From: an uncultured Thermoplasmata archaeon
GTDB lineage: Archaea > Thermoplasmatota > Thermoplasmata > Halarchaeoplasmatales > Halarchaeoplasmataceae
Direction of reading: 5' to 3'
NCBI GenBank assembly: GCA_964394465.1
Contig: CAYMXS010000006.1
Location: 5,836-69,835, forward strand
Length of the DNA stretch: 64,000 bases
The translations under genes and the position numbers were made by a program. Positions 1-10,317 of the stretch are shown here, one piece after another (within the stretch, counting starts at the first letter, position 1; each line of letters opens with the position of its first letter). The notes under the pieces were generated by a model, which did no database searches, was not told the DNA's origin, and saw only the letters and a list, made by a program, of their open reading frames with translations.

Positions 1-172
1 TACCAAACTATTCTCCAAACTGCTGATATTTCCCTATATATCTATCAGAGTCGCCCGCTTCTACATCTTCGATTTCGGGATAGTGCCCCTATCGATCTTT
101 CTGTTCCCGCTGTTGGGGATCGTCTGGGCCTTTTCCATATCCTGGATCATATTTAGGGGGATGAAAACATGA
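1..172 (+). CDS. Membrane protein, 3' partial
   Basis: Open frame from base 2 (TKLFSKLLIFPY...FLFPLLGIVWAFSISWIIFRGMKT*), hydrophobic; stop overlaps the next ATG (ATGA). Confidence 0.6.
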   Translation, partial: TKLFSKLLIFPYISIRVARFYIFDFGIVPLSIFLFPLLGIVWAFSISWIIFRGMKT

Positions 173-1020
173 TCAAAAATAACCGAGTCCTGGCTCTGCT
201 GATCACGGCCCTGTTCATCCTTTCAAGCGTCAGTACGGCCGAAGCCCAAATGTTCGGACAGGACACCGACCACCGAAAAAACTGGGACGAGGAATTTGCA
301 AGAAAACACATGCCAGATATGGCGTACAACGAGACTCTTTACGGTCAATTGATTTACATGCAGGACTCCCGTTACATCGATACCTCCTTGTACAAGATGG
401 ATAAAATAAAAGTCGACCCTGGTGAACGAAGAAAGATAAGCTTCAGTCTCGAATACGATATCGAGATGATAAAGGATCTAAACCAATCCAAATTCACGGG
501 AGGCGGGATCACTCCGACTCCACTGCGGTTCAGATTTATCGTGTGGAACATGAACTGGGATGTGAATTACGCCAAAAAACGTTATAACCAAAGGTACAAC
601 GAGATTGGAAAAACGATAAATCTAAAGTCTGTGGGAGAAAATGTTGAAAGAGCGGTCAGATACGGGCACACCTGGTTCACAAACCTCCCGGAAAAGACAA
701 AGTCCGTGTACGAGCTGGACGCTCCGACCATCTTGCTGGATTCAGAGAATAGAGTGAAGAATTCCTCTCTTTCATTTTCCATAAAACAGGCCGGTGACTG
801 GGCGATAGGGTTGATGGTCAAGCCAGTTGAGGGCAATTACTGGATGACGTCGGATTGGGGCTTGAGCGTTGAGGTTACTGAACCTTCCAATAAACTACGA
901 AAGTCGCTGTTCATATTATTCCCGGCGGTGACCATTCTTTTAATACTGGAAGGTACATTATCGATAGTGCGCAGGAAAAACACTCTAGAGAAGATATTGA
1001 GGAAGATAAAGGTGAGATAA
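169..1020 (+). CDS. Secreted/membrane-anchored hypothetical protein
   Basis: Signal peptide (AEA-Q cleavage site), C-terminal TM plus basic tail. Confidence 0.75.
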   Translation: MIKNNRVLALLITALFILSSVSTAEAQMFGQDTDHRKNWDEEFARKHMPDMAYNETLYGQLIYMQDSRYIDTSLYKMDKIKVDPGERRKISFSLEYDIEMIKDLNQSKFTGGGITPTPLRFRFIVWNMNWDVNYAKKRYNQRYNEIGKTINLKSVGENVERAVRYGHTWFTNLPEKTKSVYELDAPTILLDSENRVKNSSLSFSIKQAGDWAIGLMVKPVEGNYWMTSDWGLSVEVTEPSNKLRKSLFILFPAVTILLILEGTLSIVRRKNTLEKILRKIKVR

Positions 1021-1170
1021 AACATAAGTTGTAATATACTCTCTTACAGTAGCATGGAAAGGGAAGTAGAGTCATCTTTGTTTTTGCTGGGTTGTTTTTA
1101 GTGTGTAGATTTCTTTATTTCCCCAGCTTAGTAAAAAGGTGAAGATTAAAATAACCCAAACCTTATAATC

Positions 1171-1250
1171 TTAAGAAGATGGGGCCCCAGGGAGGTGAGA
1201 AACCATGGAATGGAAAGCCATGAATCTCTTGGCCCGGGGCCCTAATCTTA
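1171..1250 (-). ncRNA. Candidate hairpin small RNA carrying an anti-SD sequence
   Basis: 10-bp GC stem (1182-1191 with 1233-1242). BRE/TATA-like AAAAGGTATAAATA on the - strand at 1267-1280. Encloses UUUCUCACCUC. Confidence 0.45.
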
Positions 1251-1627
1251 AAATCCCACTTTAGCATATTTATACCTTTTTAAACTATCCAATTCTGAAA
1301 TCGATTTGAAAATAATCTTTCATTTCTGATCACAATTTTAGTGTGGATAAGGTTAATTATTAGCAATCTGTATTCATTCTAAAAGAAGGTCCATTCTACC
1401 TCTTTTTCTGGATCGCAAAGAGGTAGAATAGAAATGGAAAAAGATAAGATACTGGATGGAATAGAGCACGACCTGGAAGAACTGCCTGGTCGCTTAAAAC
1501 GTTTGAGAGAGGATATCGACTTGAACAGGCTGCCGCTGGAACAGAGGATCAGGCATCCGGCCCTTGAAGACATGGAACTACAGGACCTGTGGAAGGCGGT
1601 AAGATCCAACGGTCAGACGGTCCGACC

Positions 1628-3790
1628 TCACTTACTCTCTTCTTCCTCCTCTTTAGTTCTCTTTGATCTGCGGTGTATGAACAGAGATATCACCACTAAA
1701 GCAAGTACCGCTACTATCCCTATGATGATCAAAGCAGAACCGTCTTCATCCCCTTCAGAGGGCGTACCTGTTACCGTTGGACACTCACTGATATCTGAAC
1801 TTTTATAATCGTTGTAAGAAACGACCGTGTACAGATACTTGTTACCGTTCTCCACCGAAGTATCATTGTAGAAGTGGGTGGATGCGTTAACATCCCCTAT
1901 CAAGGTTCTTCTTTCAGAGGAGCTTTCTCGGTAGATTTTATACCCTGTTATGTTCTCTCCGACTTCTTTTTCCGGCTCTTCCCAAGTGAGGTTCACGTAG
2001 CCATCCCCCGCTTTCGAGTTCAAAGCAGTTGGAGGCGGCGGGATGATCGGAAAAGAGACTGTTATGTTCCTACTTGGATCGCCCTCTCCTATTGCGTTCA
2101 CTGCGGTGACGTGGTAGTGATAAGTTTGGTCTTCCGAGACCAAAGTATCGTTGTAGTACGTTTTAGAGGCGTTGATTTCATCCAGCAGGGCCTTAGTTTC
2201 GCTATCACTCCCTCTATAGATCCTGTAATCGGTGATAGAAGAGCCGCCTTTGTAAACTGGCTCGCTCCAGTTCAGCTTTACAAAGCCTTTTCCCGCCGAT
2301 GTTTTCACATCTACAGGTTTTGACGGGGCTGTCTTGCTAGGGACTGCGAATAGATCTTTACTGGGTTCACTCTCGCCGATATCGTTTACCGCTGTCAGGT
2401 GATAGTGATACGTTTTTCCGTTCTCGACTTCTTCATCAACGAAGTGAGTTTTCGAACTGTCGATCTCTTTCAGTAGTGTTTTGTTGTTCCTTGAGGTGCC
2501 TCTATATATCCTGTACTTATCGGCCGTAGAGGTCTCCGGCGCTGACCAATTCAGACTGACCTTTCGGTACAACCCCTCACATTTTATGTCTCTAGGAGTG
2601 AAGGGCGGGCCGCCTATGGCGTATAGATTCTGATCAAGAGACCTTGCATAAACTGTTCCATCTGGACCGATAGCTGGAGTAGTAAATACAAAGCCAAGAG
2701 ATATATTCCACTTTTTTGTGCCGTTTGGATTTACAGCATAAAGGTTTCCATCCCAATACTTTGGATTCACACTGCCGCCGAATCCCATACCCACATACAC
2801 TGTTCCCTCCAAACCGATGACGGGAGAAGAACCGCCTGTACCTCCCAATGGGAGTACCCATTTTAGAGTTCCATTCGGGTTCAATTTGTAAAGATATCCC
2901 TCGTCGGTGCTAAGATAAATACTTCCATCTTTAGCTATTGCTGGAGAGGTAGTTATTCCTCCTCTTTCAACTTTGTAGGACCACTTTTTAGTTCCATTAG
3001 GATTGAAAGCTGAAATATTTTTATTCCCCACTAGGTATATGATCCCGTTATCCCCCACGGTAGGTTCTCCAGTATCATATGGGACACTAATTGTCCATCG
3101 TTTTGACCCCTCAGGAGTGACCGAATAGAAGGATCCGTTATCACTCGTGAAGTATATATTGTTCTCTAACCCGATTGCAGGGGGGGAGGAAATAGTCCCA
3201 TCTATTTTAATATTCCATTTTTCTAATCCGTTGGGATTTAGAGCGTAGAGATTATTATTAAAGGAACCAAAGTAGATAGTCTCGTCATCCGCGATGACGA
3301 GTGATGATAGTCCCTTTTCAGTGGAGAAATTCCATTTGGGCGTACCATCAGGATTGAGGGCATACAAGTTTCCTCCGCTGCTACCCACGTATATCGTACC
3401 ATTACTGCCGATAGCTGGACCACAAGACAAATCCTCGTTGGTGGAGAATTTCCATCTGAGCGTGCCGTTAGGATTGACAGCAGACAAATTCTTCCTACTC
3501 CCGTGCACATATATCGTTCCATCGCTACCTATAGCTGGATTGGGAATGAAGAAACCATCAGTAGAGTAGTTCCACTTAACCGTACCATCGATACGACTGG
3601 TGTTGTAAGGACTTCTCCCCGTATGTCTTGCATCGCCCTGGAACATGGGCCAGGGTATGTCTTCTTGATCTGATGTTTTGGGTCCTACAGTGGATTCATT
3701 TTTTACAGAGGTGTTACCATCCAATATAGTTGCGAGATTGGCGAACAGGAGAAGGCATATCAAGATCAAACTCAGTTTTCTATTTATCAT
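1628..3790 (-). CDS. Surface protein: PQQ-like beta-propeller, 3 fibronectin type III domains, C-terminal TM
   Basis: WPMFQGDARHTGRS; repeated PAIGxDGTIY..LYALNPxGTxKW blades; three LNWSxP..YRIYRG..YHYxVTAVN FN3 repeats. Confidence 0.9.
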   Translation of the reverse strand: MINRKLSLILICLLLFANLATILDGNTSVKNESTVGPKTSDQEDIPWPMFQGDARHTGRSPYNTSRIDGTVKWNYSTDGFFIPNPAIGSDGTIYVHGSRKNLSAVNPNGTLRWKFSTNEDLSCGPAIGSNGTIYVGSSGGNLYALNPDGTPKWNFSTEKGLSSLVIADDETIYFGSFNNNLYALNPNGLEKWNIKIDGTISSPPAIGLENNIYFTSDNGSFYSVTPEGSKRWTISVPYDTGEPTVGDNGIIYLVGNKNISAFNPNGTKKWSYKVERGGITTSPAIAKDGSIYLSTDEGYLYKLNPNGTLKWVLPLGGTGGSSPVIGLEGTVYVGMGFGGSVNPKYWDGNLYAVNPNGTKKWNISLGFVFTTPAIGPDGTVYARSLDQNLYAIGGPPFTPRDIKCEGLYRKVSLNWSAPETSTADKYRIYRGTSRNNKTLLKEIDSSKTHFVDEEVENGKTYHYHLTAVNDIGESEPSKDLFAVPSKTAPSKPVDVKTSAGKGFVKLNWSEPVYKGGSSITDYRIYRGSDSETKALLDEINASKTYYNDTLVSEDQTYHYHVTAVNAIGEGDPSRNITVSFPIIPPPPTALNSKAGDGYVNLTWEEPEKEVGENITGYKIYRESSSERRTLIGDVNASTHFYNDTSVENGNKYLYTVVSYNDYKSSDISECPTVTGTPSEGDEDGSALIIIGIVAVLALVVISLFIHRRSKRTKEEEEESK

Positions 3791-6700
3791 GGATATCAGT
3801 CTCCTTTTTCTTCAGTTTTTTGAGTTCTTCTTTTGCTCGTTTTTTACTTTCTTTTCGTTTCTTTTTCTTATCTTTATCCTTCTTTGGATTAACCGTACCT
3901 AAAATCAGGATGATCGCTCCAAGGCTCAGTATCGCAGTCAGGGCGTAAACCCAGACAGAGGATGCACTAGGATGGGTACCTTTGTCTTTATCATCATCTT
4001 CTACGTACACCTCAAAACTGGAGCTGCCGGTATTTCCCGCCTCGTCTTTTACCACCAGTTTGACGGTGTGATCCCCACCGCTTGTAAACCGATAGGTCGA
4101 TTTATTCCCCTCTATCTTTTCTCCATCTACATACCATATATACTGGGTTATGCCAATATTGTCAGATGACGATGTACCGTTTAGTAGAACTTCTTCACCT
4201 TTTTCCACTATGATATCCGTTCCCGCTCTGGCGATAGGGGCTTGCACATCCACAATTTCTTTACTGGATTTCTCACTTTTGGCCCAGTTAGAGGACGTAT
4301 CGACCGCAGATATCTTGTAGTAAAGTTCCCGTGCCCTAAAAGGTATGGATATGTCGGTCTCATAAGTCTTTTCATCCATAGGTTTCAAAGATCTGTTCAG
4401 CCTCCCTGAGACGTCCGTCCAGTATATCACATAGGCACGTTCTATATCGATATTATCTTCGATACCGACATTGAGATTGTAAAGTTCTCCTGTGCCGGGT
4501 GGTGATAATTCATCGGCTGAGAATGTAGGTGCATCGTTATCGATAACGTCGATTTCGATCGATTCAGATACTGTCCAGTAACCCGAGGTGTCCCGAGCTG
4601 AAACAGTATATTTCAACCGGGTTGCGTTGTATGGTACGTTTATATTTACCCTATAGTGGCCTTCGCCAACGTTTTTCAAACTCTTGTTCACATGATCTGT
4701 TACATCGGTCCAGTAATCCACATAAACATGTTCTATACCCTCGTTGTCACTCACGGTGGCGTTCAGAGTGTAGAAATCCCCTGTGGTGGGGTTTCCAGTC
4801 CTGTTAATCGAGATCCTTGGAGGGTTGATATCTCTTATCGCTGTAGAGAAAGGTCCTAGACTCGCCTCGTTGTAGGATACATCCAGTGCTAAGATCTTAT
4901 AGTGTATGTCTTCTTCGTCTTTTGGAACCTTTATTTTGAGCTCGTAATTGCTGTTTCTTACTGTATCCATGGTCCTGTTGTACTTTTTCTCGGGATCAGT
5001 CCAGTGAATGATCCGTACATCTCTGACCTCTATGTTATCAGTTACTTTAACGTCGAACGTGAAGTTCCTTCCCGCAACCGCCGAGTCGGGAGTGTTATCG
5101 GTTATCTGGGGCGGTTCGCCTTCTCTGTAGGGCTCTAATAAAGGCAGGTGGTCCATATCACTCGTTTGCGAGATCAGGTAAGGTGTATCGGCGAAGCCGT
5201 CGCTCCCCTCTTTGTTCTGTTTCGGGCCCGACCTTTTATCCATGTCTACATGGTCGGACCAGTAGTTACCTCCGGATGGATAAGTAGCGTTCCAGTGGTT
5301 GTTTCCTCCAGCCCGTACTTGTTCATCGTTATCGATGAAGTTGTTATGATATATTCTGTTATCTCTAGATGACGAGAGATGGATGCCTAGATGATTTTTC
5401 ATCACGTCGTTACCGGTGAAGACGTTATCCCTGCAGTGGTAGCCCTTTATGCCGACCTGGCTGTTATTGGAGATAACGTTATCGGCGATCGTATTATTTT
5501 GTGAATAGCCCATCAATATCCCGTTATCTTTTCCGCTGATATTTTGGTTTTCCACTGTTATGTTGCTGCAGTCTGCCAGTATAACTTCACCCGCATTTGG
5601 AGGCACATCTCCCCCGTTCTGATCTTTTAGATAATATATCGGTTTACCATATACAGTATTGGAACTAGTGATAGTATGGGAGTCCCAATGGGATTTATAG
5701 AAACCACCTTCTATATTTATGCTGCAATCTGGAAAAGTATTATTCTTCAACGTGGTGTTTACTGTATGTCGCAACTCTAGTCCTTCCTCGCTGCCCAAAA
5801 TAGAGTTACCTATGAGCCTGTTTCCACCAGATGCTAAAAGCGATATACCTAATGGATTATCAATCAATTCGTTATCGACGATCAAGTTGTCTTCTGGGCC
5901 TTCTCTAAAATAAATGCCCGTGTCTTTATTGCGCAAAAAAGTATTATTAGAGATTGTGTTGCCATCAGAATATTGGTGGATGGTGAGCCCTTTGTAATTC
6001 TGTTTTAGTTGATTACCAGCGATCCTATTATCGTGAGGGTAATAGGCTGCAGGGGCGAACGGCGACGACTCGATTTTGACCCCATGAAAGTTTCCAGTTA
6101 TTTTGTTATCGACTATAGTATTGTTGTAACTTTCACGTTTAAATAGGATACCTTCGCCAAGGCCTTCGGTCTCGTTAGTAGCACTCAGGGAATTATTATA
6201 GACTCTGATATTAGTCGAGTCCCTGATTATCATCCCGATAAAGTTATCGACCATCGTGTTATTGGAAAGATTTCCATTTTTAGAGTCGTAGAGATAGATC
6301 CCAGATTCGTCATGACCTGTGGCGTTCGATAGATGACAATATCTTATGGAAAAGTGATCGGTGACGTTTCCGATGTATATACAGAACCCGCTTTCTCTTC
6401 CATCTATCTTATAGTCCTCTATGATCCAGGGAGCTTCTTCACTGCCGTTCCCTTCCCACCCTTCCTGTTCAGCGGTCTTCGCGAAATCCACGTTATTATC
6501 TATCCGGATAGGTTCGTGGGTCTGGTAGTCATCTGCTGTTATTTTTTCTCTGAGGCCCATTTGGTTATCTTCTAAGTGGGGAGAAAATTTGAAACCATCG
6601 ATGTCATTACCGGTTTTAGTTGAAAAAAGATTTTGGTTCGTATCTTGAACATGAAAATCTAGACCACCAGAATGATTGCTATTAAAATCTTTCTCTTTCA

Positions 6701-6914
6701 GAGATAAATTCGAGCAATGGTTATGCATTATATCTCTATCAAGGCTGTCTGACTTCGGATTAATAGTTTCCTTGTATTTACTATCGCCGTTTTTATCTAA
6801 TTCTCCATCACAATCATATTCAGAATCACATCTCTCTAAGTTGAGTAATCCAAACGCTCCATTAAATATCAATAGAGTGACGATCAGTCCTGCAAATACC
6901 GATTGAGCTTTCAT
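3780..6914 (-). CDS. Surface protein: NosD-like parallel beta-helix, Ig-like repeats, PKD domain, TM and Lys-rich tail
   Basis: HEPIRIDNN..GNGSEEAPWII; N-x-I-x-x-N beta-helix repeats; GGNYWSD; PKD-like LNGTSSSDNIGITQYIW. Confidence 0.9.
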   Translation of the reverse strand: MKAQSVFAGLIVTLLIFNGAFGLLNLERCDSEYDCDGELDKNGDSKYKETINPKSDSLDRDIMHNHCSNLSLKEKDFNSNHSGGLDFHVQDTNQNLFSTKTGNDIDGFKFSPHLEDNQMGLREKITADDYQTHEPIRIDNNVDFAKTAEQEGWEGNGSEEAPWIIEDYKIDGRESGFCIYIGNVTDHFSIRYCHLSNATGHDESGIYLYDSKNGNLSNNTMVDNFIGMIIRDSTNIRVYNNSLSATNETEGLGEGILFKRESYNNTIVDNKITGNFHGVKIESSPFAPAAYYPHDNRIAGNQLKQNYKGLTIHQYSDGNTISNNTFLRNKDTGIYFREGPEDNLIVDNELIDNPLGISLLASGGNRLIGNSILGSEEGLELRHTVNTTLKNNTFPDCSINIEGGFYKSHWDSHTITSSNTVYGKPIYYLKDQNGGDVPPNAGEVILADCSNITVENQNISGKDNGILMGYSQNNTIADNVISNNSQVGIKGYHCRDNVFTGNDVMKNHLGIHLSSSRDNRIYHNNFIDNDEQVRAGGNNHWNATYPSGGNYWSDHVDMDKRSGPKQNKEGSDGFADTPYLISQTSDMDHLPLLEPYREGEPPQITDNTPDSAVAGRNFTFDVKVTDNIEVRDVRIIHWTDPEKKYNRTMDTVRNSNYELKIKVPKDEEDIHYKILALDVSYNEASLGPFSTAIRDINPPRISINRTGNPTTGDFYTLNATVSDNEGIEHVYVDYWTDVTDHVNKSLKNVGEGHYRVNINVPYNATRLKYTVSARDTSGYWTVSESIEIDVIDNDAPTFSADELSPPGTGELYNLNVGIEDNIDIERAYVIYWTDVSGRLNRSLKPMDEKTYETDISIPFRARELYYKISAVDTSSNWAKSEKSSKEIVDVQAPIARAGTDIIVEKGEEVLLNGTSSSDNIGITQYIWYVDGEKIEGNKSTYRFTSGGDHTVKLVVKDEAGNTGSSSFEVYVEDDDKDKGTHPSASSVWVYALTAILSLGAIILILGTVNPKKDKDKKKKRKESKKRAKEELKKLKKKETDIHDK

Positions 6915-6974
6915 ATACTTATTTTCCCTCTTTTGAATATAAAAGATAGAAAAGAGTTTTTATAATTTTTGATT

Positions 6975-8699
6975 TTAGGGAGATATAGAATTAATGCTGC
7001 CATATTCCACATAAAACGTCACTGTATCTGTGTTGGTATTACCATCATAGTCATATGCCTTGACTGTTACGTCATACCAGAAACCTCCGACGAACGTATA
7101 TGTATAGCTTTCATCAGTTCCCATGTCTCGCCAGGTTCCATCGTCTATTTGTAATTCATAATGGTCTATGGAAGTATCACCGTCTCCTCCGTTCCATTTT
7201 ATTGTAATCTGCCCTTCATCATATGAATAGCCATCCTTAGGATAATATATGTTTACCCATGGGTCTTCAAGGTCTATCTCTAATCCACACCGAGTATCCT
7301 TTGGAACATCAGAACATGATATTGTATGAGCATTACCGTTCTCATTATAGCTATCGTACCATTCTATTTGGTATGATGAAATTGTACTCGGATCTGGATC
7401 AGGATCAGTTTCTAGTCCATTAATATAACTGGAAGCTTGTAATTGGTATGTTCCATCATCAGGCAGAGGTGTCGTCTGTGGTGATATGTCAACACACATA
7501 AAAGACGGGTAATTTTTACTTTCATCTTTGTAGAAAACATGGGAGTCAAGAACCCTTTCCCCACTATTAGTCTCTTCTACCGCCCAATAATCGTTTCTTG
7601 AATTTGGATCACTGAACTCCCATGTGGCCAGTCTCGAAGGCTCATCATTTCCATCGTAGGTTACATCGGTATACCGCCAATAACTCGTGTCGATCTCATT
7701 TAATGTATTGTAGGTCAGCCAATAGTATCCATTATCACCAATTGATCCTCCCCAACTGTTAACTACTTTAAATGCACCAGTGTCCCCGTCCTCTGATATG
7801 GCATCATCGTACCCAACAATAGTATTAGCGTGATCAACAGAATTGCTCGAATATTCATCACTTGAGATTACATTGTCATTATAACCAAGACCATCATCAT
7901 ATTCATCTGAGTCTATACTAAAGGGGATGGGGTGTTTATTGTCAATCCATGTTTTGAGTGTTTGGATATCTACTGAGGTGAGGCATTTTTTGCCGTTTAT
8001 TCTGTATGAAGGGGCTTCTCTCCACGCTGACTCATCACCCCAATCCGAATAATCACTGTCATCATAGGGCAATTCAGCTAAACTTGCCCCACCTAGCTCA
8101 TGAGCAATATGCATATTCCGATAAAAAGCTGAACCATCAGTTCCAAAGTTAACTTTATTAAATGTCCATGCTGGGCTCATACGGTATTGGGGGGAATCGG
8201 AAACGTCCCATCCACGAGCTCTTGCAATCTCATACGTAAGCGTATAGTAGGTAGTTGCCCATGCGGTACAAGACCCTTGAGTTCCTTGGTCTCCTACGGA
8301 AGGAAAATACATATCATCTGATAAATCAGCGGAGGAAGTTTGGACATATGGAGAAAAGTTAGAGGTGGACCAGCTATCCTCATTAACTTTTCCTTTTCCA
8401 TTGACCACTGTAAGGTTCCCAACCATTTCTTCATAAGTTCTATTTGTTGGTGGGGCTAATCCTGTTCCATGTCCATTCACAAGATGGTTATAGCTTTCTC
8501 CAGGTTTTCTCACTCCTCTTTCTTCTTTCCACTGTAACATTTCTTCTCGGGTCAGTTTATGTGTTTCATATTCATTTCCGTTCCCGTTGTTATTCAATTC
8601 TCTATCGGTCTGGGCATTTCCTTTACCCACAACCAATAGGGTACTACTCCCTATCAAAAGAAATATCGCGAGTATACATATATGCTTTTTCCATTTCAT
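6975..8699 (-). CDS. Secreted papain-family (C1A) cysteine protease with a C-terminal Ig-like domain
   Basis: QGTQGSCTAWA (catalytic Cys), DHANTIVGYDD (His), NSWG (Asn); signal peptide; SD GAGGTGA. Confidence 0.9.
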   Translation of the reverse strand: MKWKKHICILAIFLLIGSSTLLVVGKGNAQTDRELNNNGNGNEYETHKLTREEMLQWKEERGVRKPGESYNHLVNGHGTGLAPPTNRTYEEMVGNLTVVNGKGKVNEDSWSTSNFSPYVQTSSADLSDDMYFPSVGDQGTQGSCTAWATTYYTLTYEIARARGWDVSDSPQYRMSPAWTFNKVNFGTDGSAFYRNMHIAHELGGASLAELPYDDSDYSDWGDESAWREAPSYRINGKKCLTSVDIQTLKTWIDNKHPIPFSIDSDEYDDGLGYNDNVISSDEYSSNSVDHANTIVGYDDAISEDGDTGAFKVVNSWGGSIGDNGYYWLTYNTLNEIDTSYWRYTDVTYDGNDEPSRLATWEFSDPNSRNDYWAVEETNSGERVLDSHVFYKDESKNYPSFMCVDISPQTTPLPDDGTYQLQASSYINGLETDPDPDPSTISSYQIEWYDSYNENGNAHTISCSDVPKDTRCGLEIDLEDPWVNIYYPKDGYSYDEGQITIKWNGGDGDTSIDHYELQIDDGTWRDMGTDESYTYTFVGGFWYDVTVKAYDYDGNTNTDTVTFYVEYGSINSISP

Positions 8700-8884
8700 A
8701 GGTTTCTCACCTCAAGGGAGTTTAATGGGGATGATATATATATATTAGGGTTGATACATTATTTCGGAGACTAAAGTAGGACTATCTAAAAAACTAGTGA
8801 TTTAGCAGTTTTAGAATTTTATACATATTTCATAAACTTATCAAGTGTGGGATGATAAATATTGAGATGGAATCTTAGCTAAAG

Positions 8885-9177
8885 CCCAAGTTTGACAGTT
8901 ATTTTACACATTACGCTAGAAAAAGTCAAGAAAATGTATTTGACAGGTGGTAAAAACAACAACTTTTTGGAGGTATATAACCTAAATATTCATTGATTTT
9001 TAGAGTTTTCTCCTTGATTTTGCCCTAATTTTACCGTTTTTCTGATGATCATAATCATGATAAACAAAATTTTACAGCAACTGTCAAATCAATTGCTTGA
9101 AAATACCTAAAAAAATGAAAAAACTAGAAAAAACGGATTAAAAACGGGATATGTATGGTTCAAGTGTCAAACTTGGG
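8885..9177. mobile_element. Candidate MITE-like element bounded by 16-bp terminal inverted repeats
   Basis: CCCAAGTTTGACAGTT (8885-8900) versus AAGTGTCAAACTTGGG (9162-9177), 15/16 match; inner TTTGACAG copies; no ORF. Confidence 0.45.
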
Positions 9178-9331
9178 ATCTAAATAGTATCCCTCTGTTT
9201 CTGTATCGATAGAAGTGAAGAAAACTGTTCAAGGAGAAACAGCTCTCTTCCATGTGGGACAACTATCAGCGAGGGTTAGACGAGGAATATGTCGATAACC
9301 TTTATAGTGCCCATAAAACGAAAAAAAGGTT

Positions 9332-10312
9332 TCAGTAGCCCCTTTCAATATCTACAGAGTTCACTTCTTCACCCACCTCTAATCTATTCAGTATATCAGC
9401 CAGGTCTTTAGCCCTCCTTTCTTCCCTTCCTTCAACATGAGAAGAGCGGTGCGGACTGAATATGACGTTATCGAACTCATCTAGATCGTAATTGGACGGG
9501 AACGTATCCTTTCTAGAATCCTTGTCGGGATATATCCACCAGGTGTCTAGAGCTACGCCTCCCAGCTTCCCGTTCTCTAAGGCGTTATACAAGGCCTCTT
9601 CATCTATCACCGGACCTCTGCCAACGTTGACTATATGGACGTCTTCTTTCATCATCTCGAATTCACTTTTATCGAGGTATCCCCTTGTTTCCTCCGTCTC
9701 TGGTAATGTAACTATGATGAAATCCGCCTCCGGTAATACATCTTTTAAGTCTTCGTTGGTACCCAAAAAATCTACCAGGTCGTTATCATCGTAGGTCCGT
9801 TTTATCGCGCTGATGTTCAGCCCGAAACATCTCGCTCTCTCAGCTATATTCTTACCTATATTACCGAAGCCCAGGATGAGTAAATTTTTGTCCATCAATG
9901 TCTGGCTCCACCAGTGTTCGTATCTGGGTGTCCAGTCACCCTCCTTTAACTTTTCATGTATGGGTATCAGTCTCTTCACGGAGGCTAGTAACAGTGCCAG
10001 GGCGTGTTCAGCCACGAACTCCGCGTTGAAATGAGAATTTATGACCTCGATCTCGGGAAAATCCTTGAAGAGTTTTTTGTCCTCTGAAGGTATCCCAGCG
10101 AAGGGTATGATGAAGTAGTCCAGGTCTTTCGCGTTCTCCAAGAACTCTCGGGGCATCCTAGCTCCTATAACTGCATCGAACTCATGAGCCCTTTGGATGA
10201 GCTCGTCTTTCTTATCCTTGGAGATCTCAACCAGGTCGATCTCATCCTTCAACTCCTCCTTCAGTATACCACTGGCCTCCTCTTTGAAGGGGTTCACGTG
10301 CAGCACTTTCAT
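9332..10312 (-). CDS. D-isomer-specific 2-hydroxyacid dehydrogenase
   Basis: GFGNIG Rossmann motif, LPxTxETRG, VNVGRG, ALDTW, FSPH. Confidence 0.9.
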   Translation of the reverse strand: MKVLHVNPFKEEASGILKEELKDEIDLVEISKDKKDELIQRAHEFDAVIGARMPREFLENAKDLDYFIIPFAGIPSEDKKLFKDFPEIEVINSHFNAEFVAEHALALLLASVKRLIPIHEKLKEGDWTPRYEHWWSQTLMDKNLLILGFGNIGKNIAERARCFGLNISAIKRTYDDNDLVDFLGTNEDLKDVLPEADFIIVTLPETEETRGYLDKSEFEMMKEDVHIVNVGRGPVIDEEALYNALENGKLGGVALDTWWIYPDKDSRKDTFPSNYDLDEFDNVIFSPHRSSHVEGREERRAKDLADILNRLEVGEEVNSVDIERGY

Positions 10313-10317
10313 ATTGA

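Noticed and set aside
8700..9330. Replication origin
   Set aside because: AT-rich with inverted motifs, but no ORB-like TTCCAxTGGAAA/G-string consensus and no cdc6/orc1 gene nearby.
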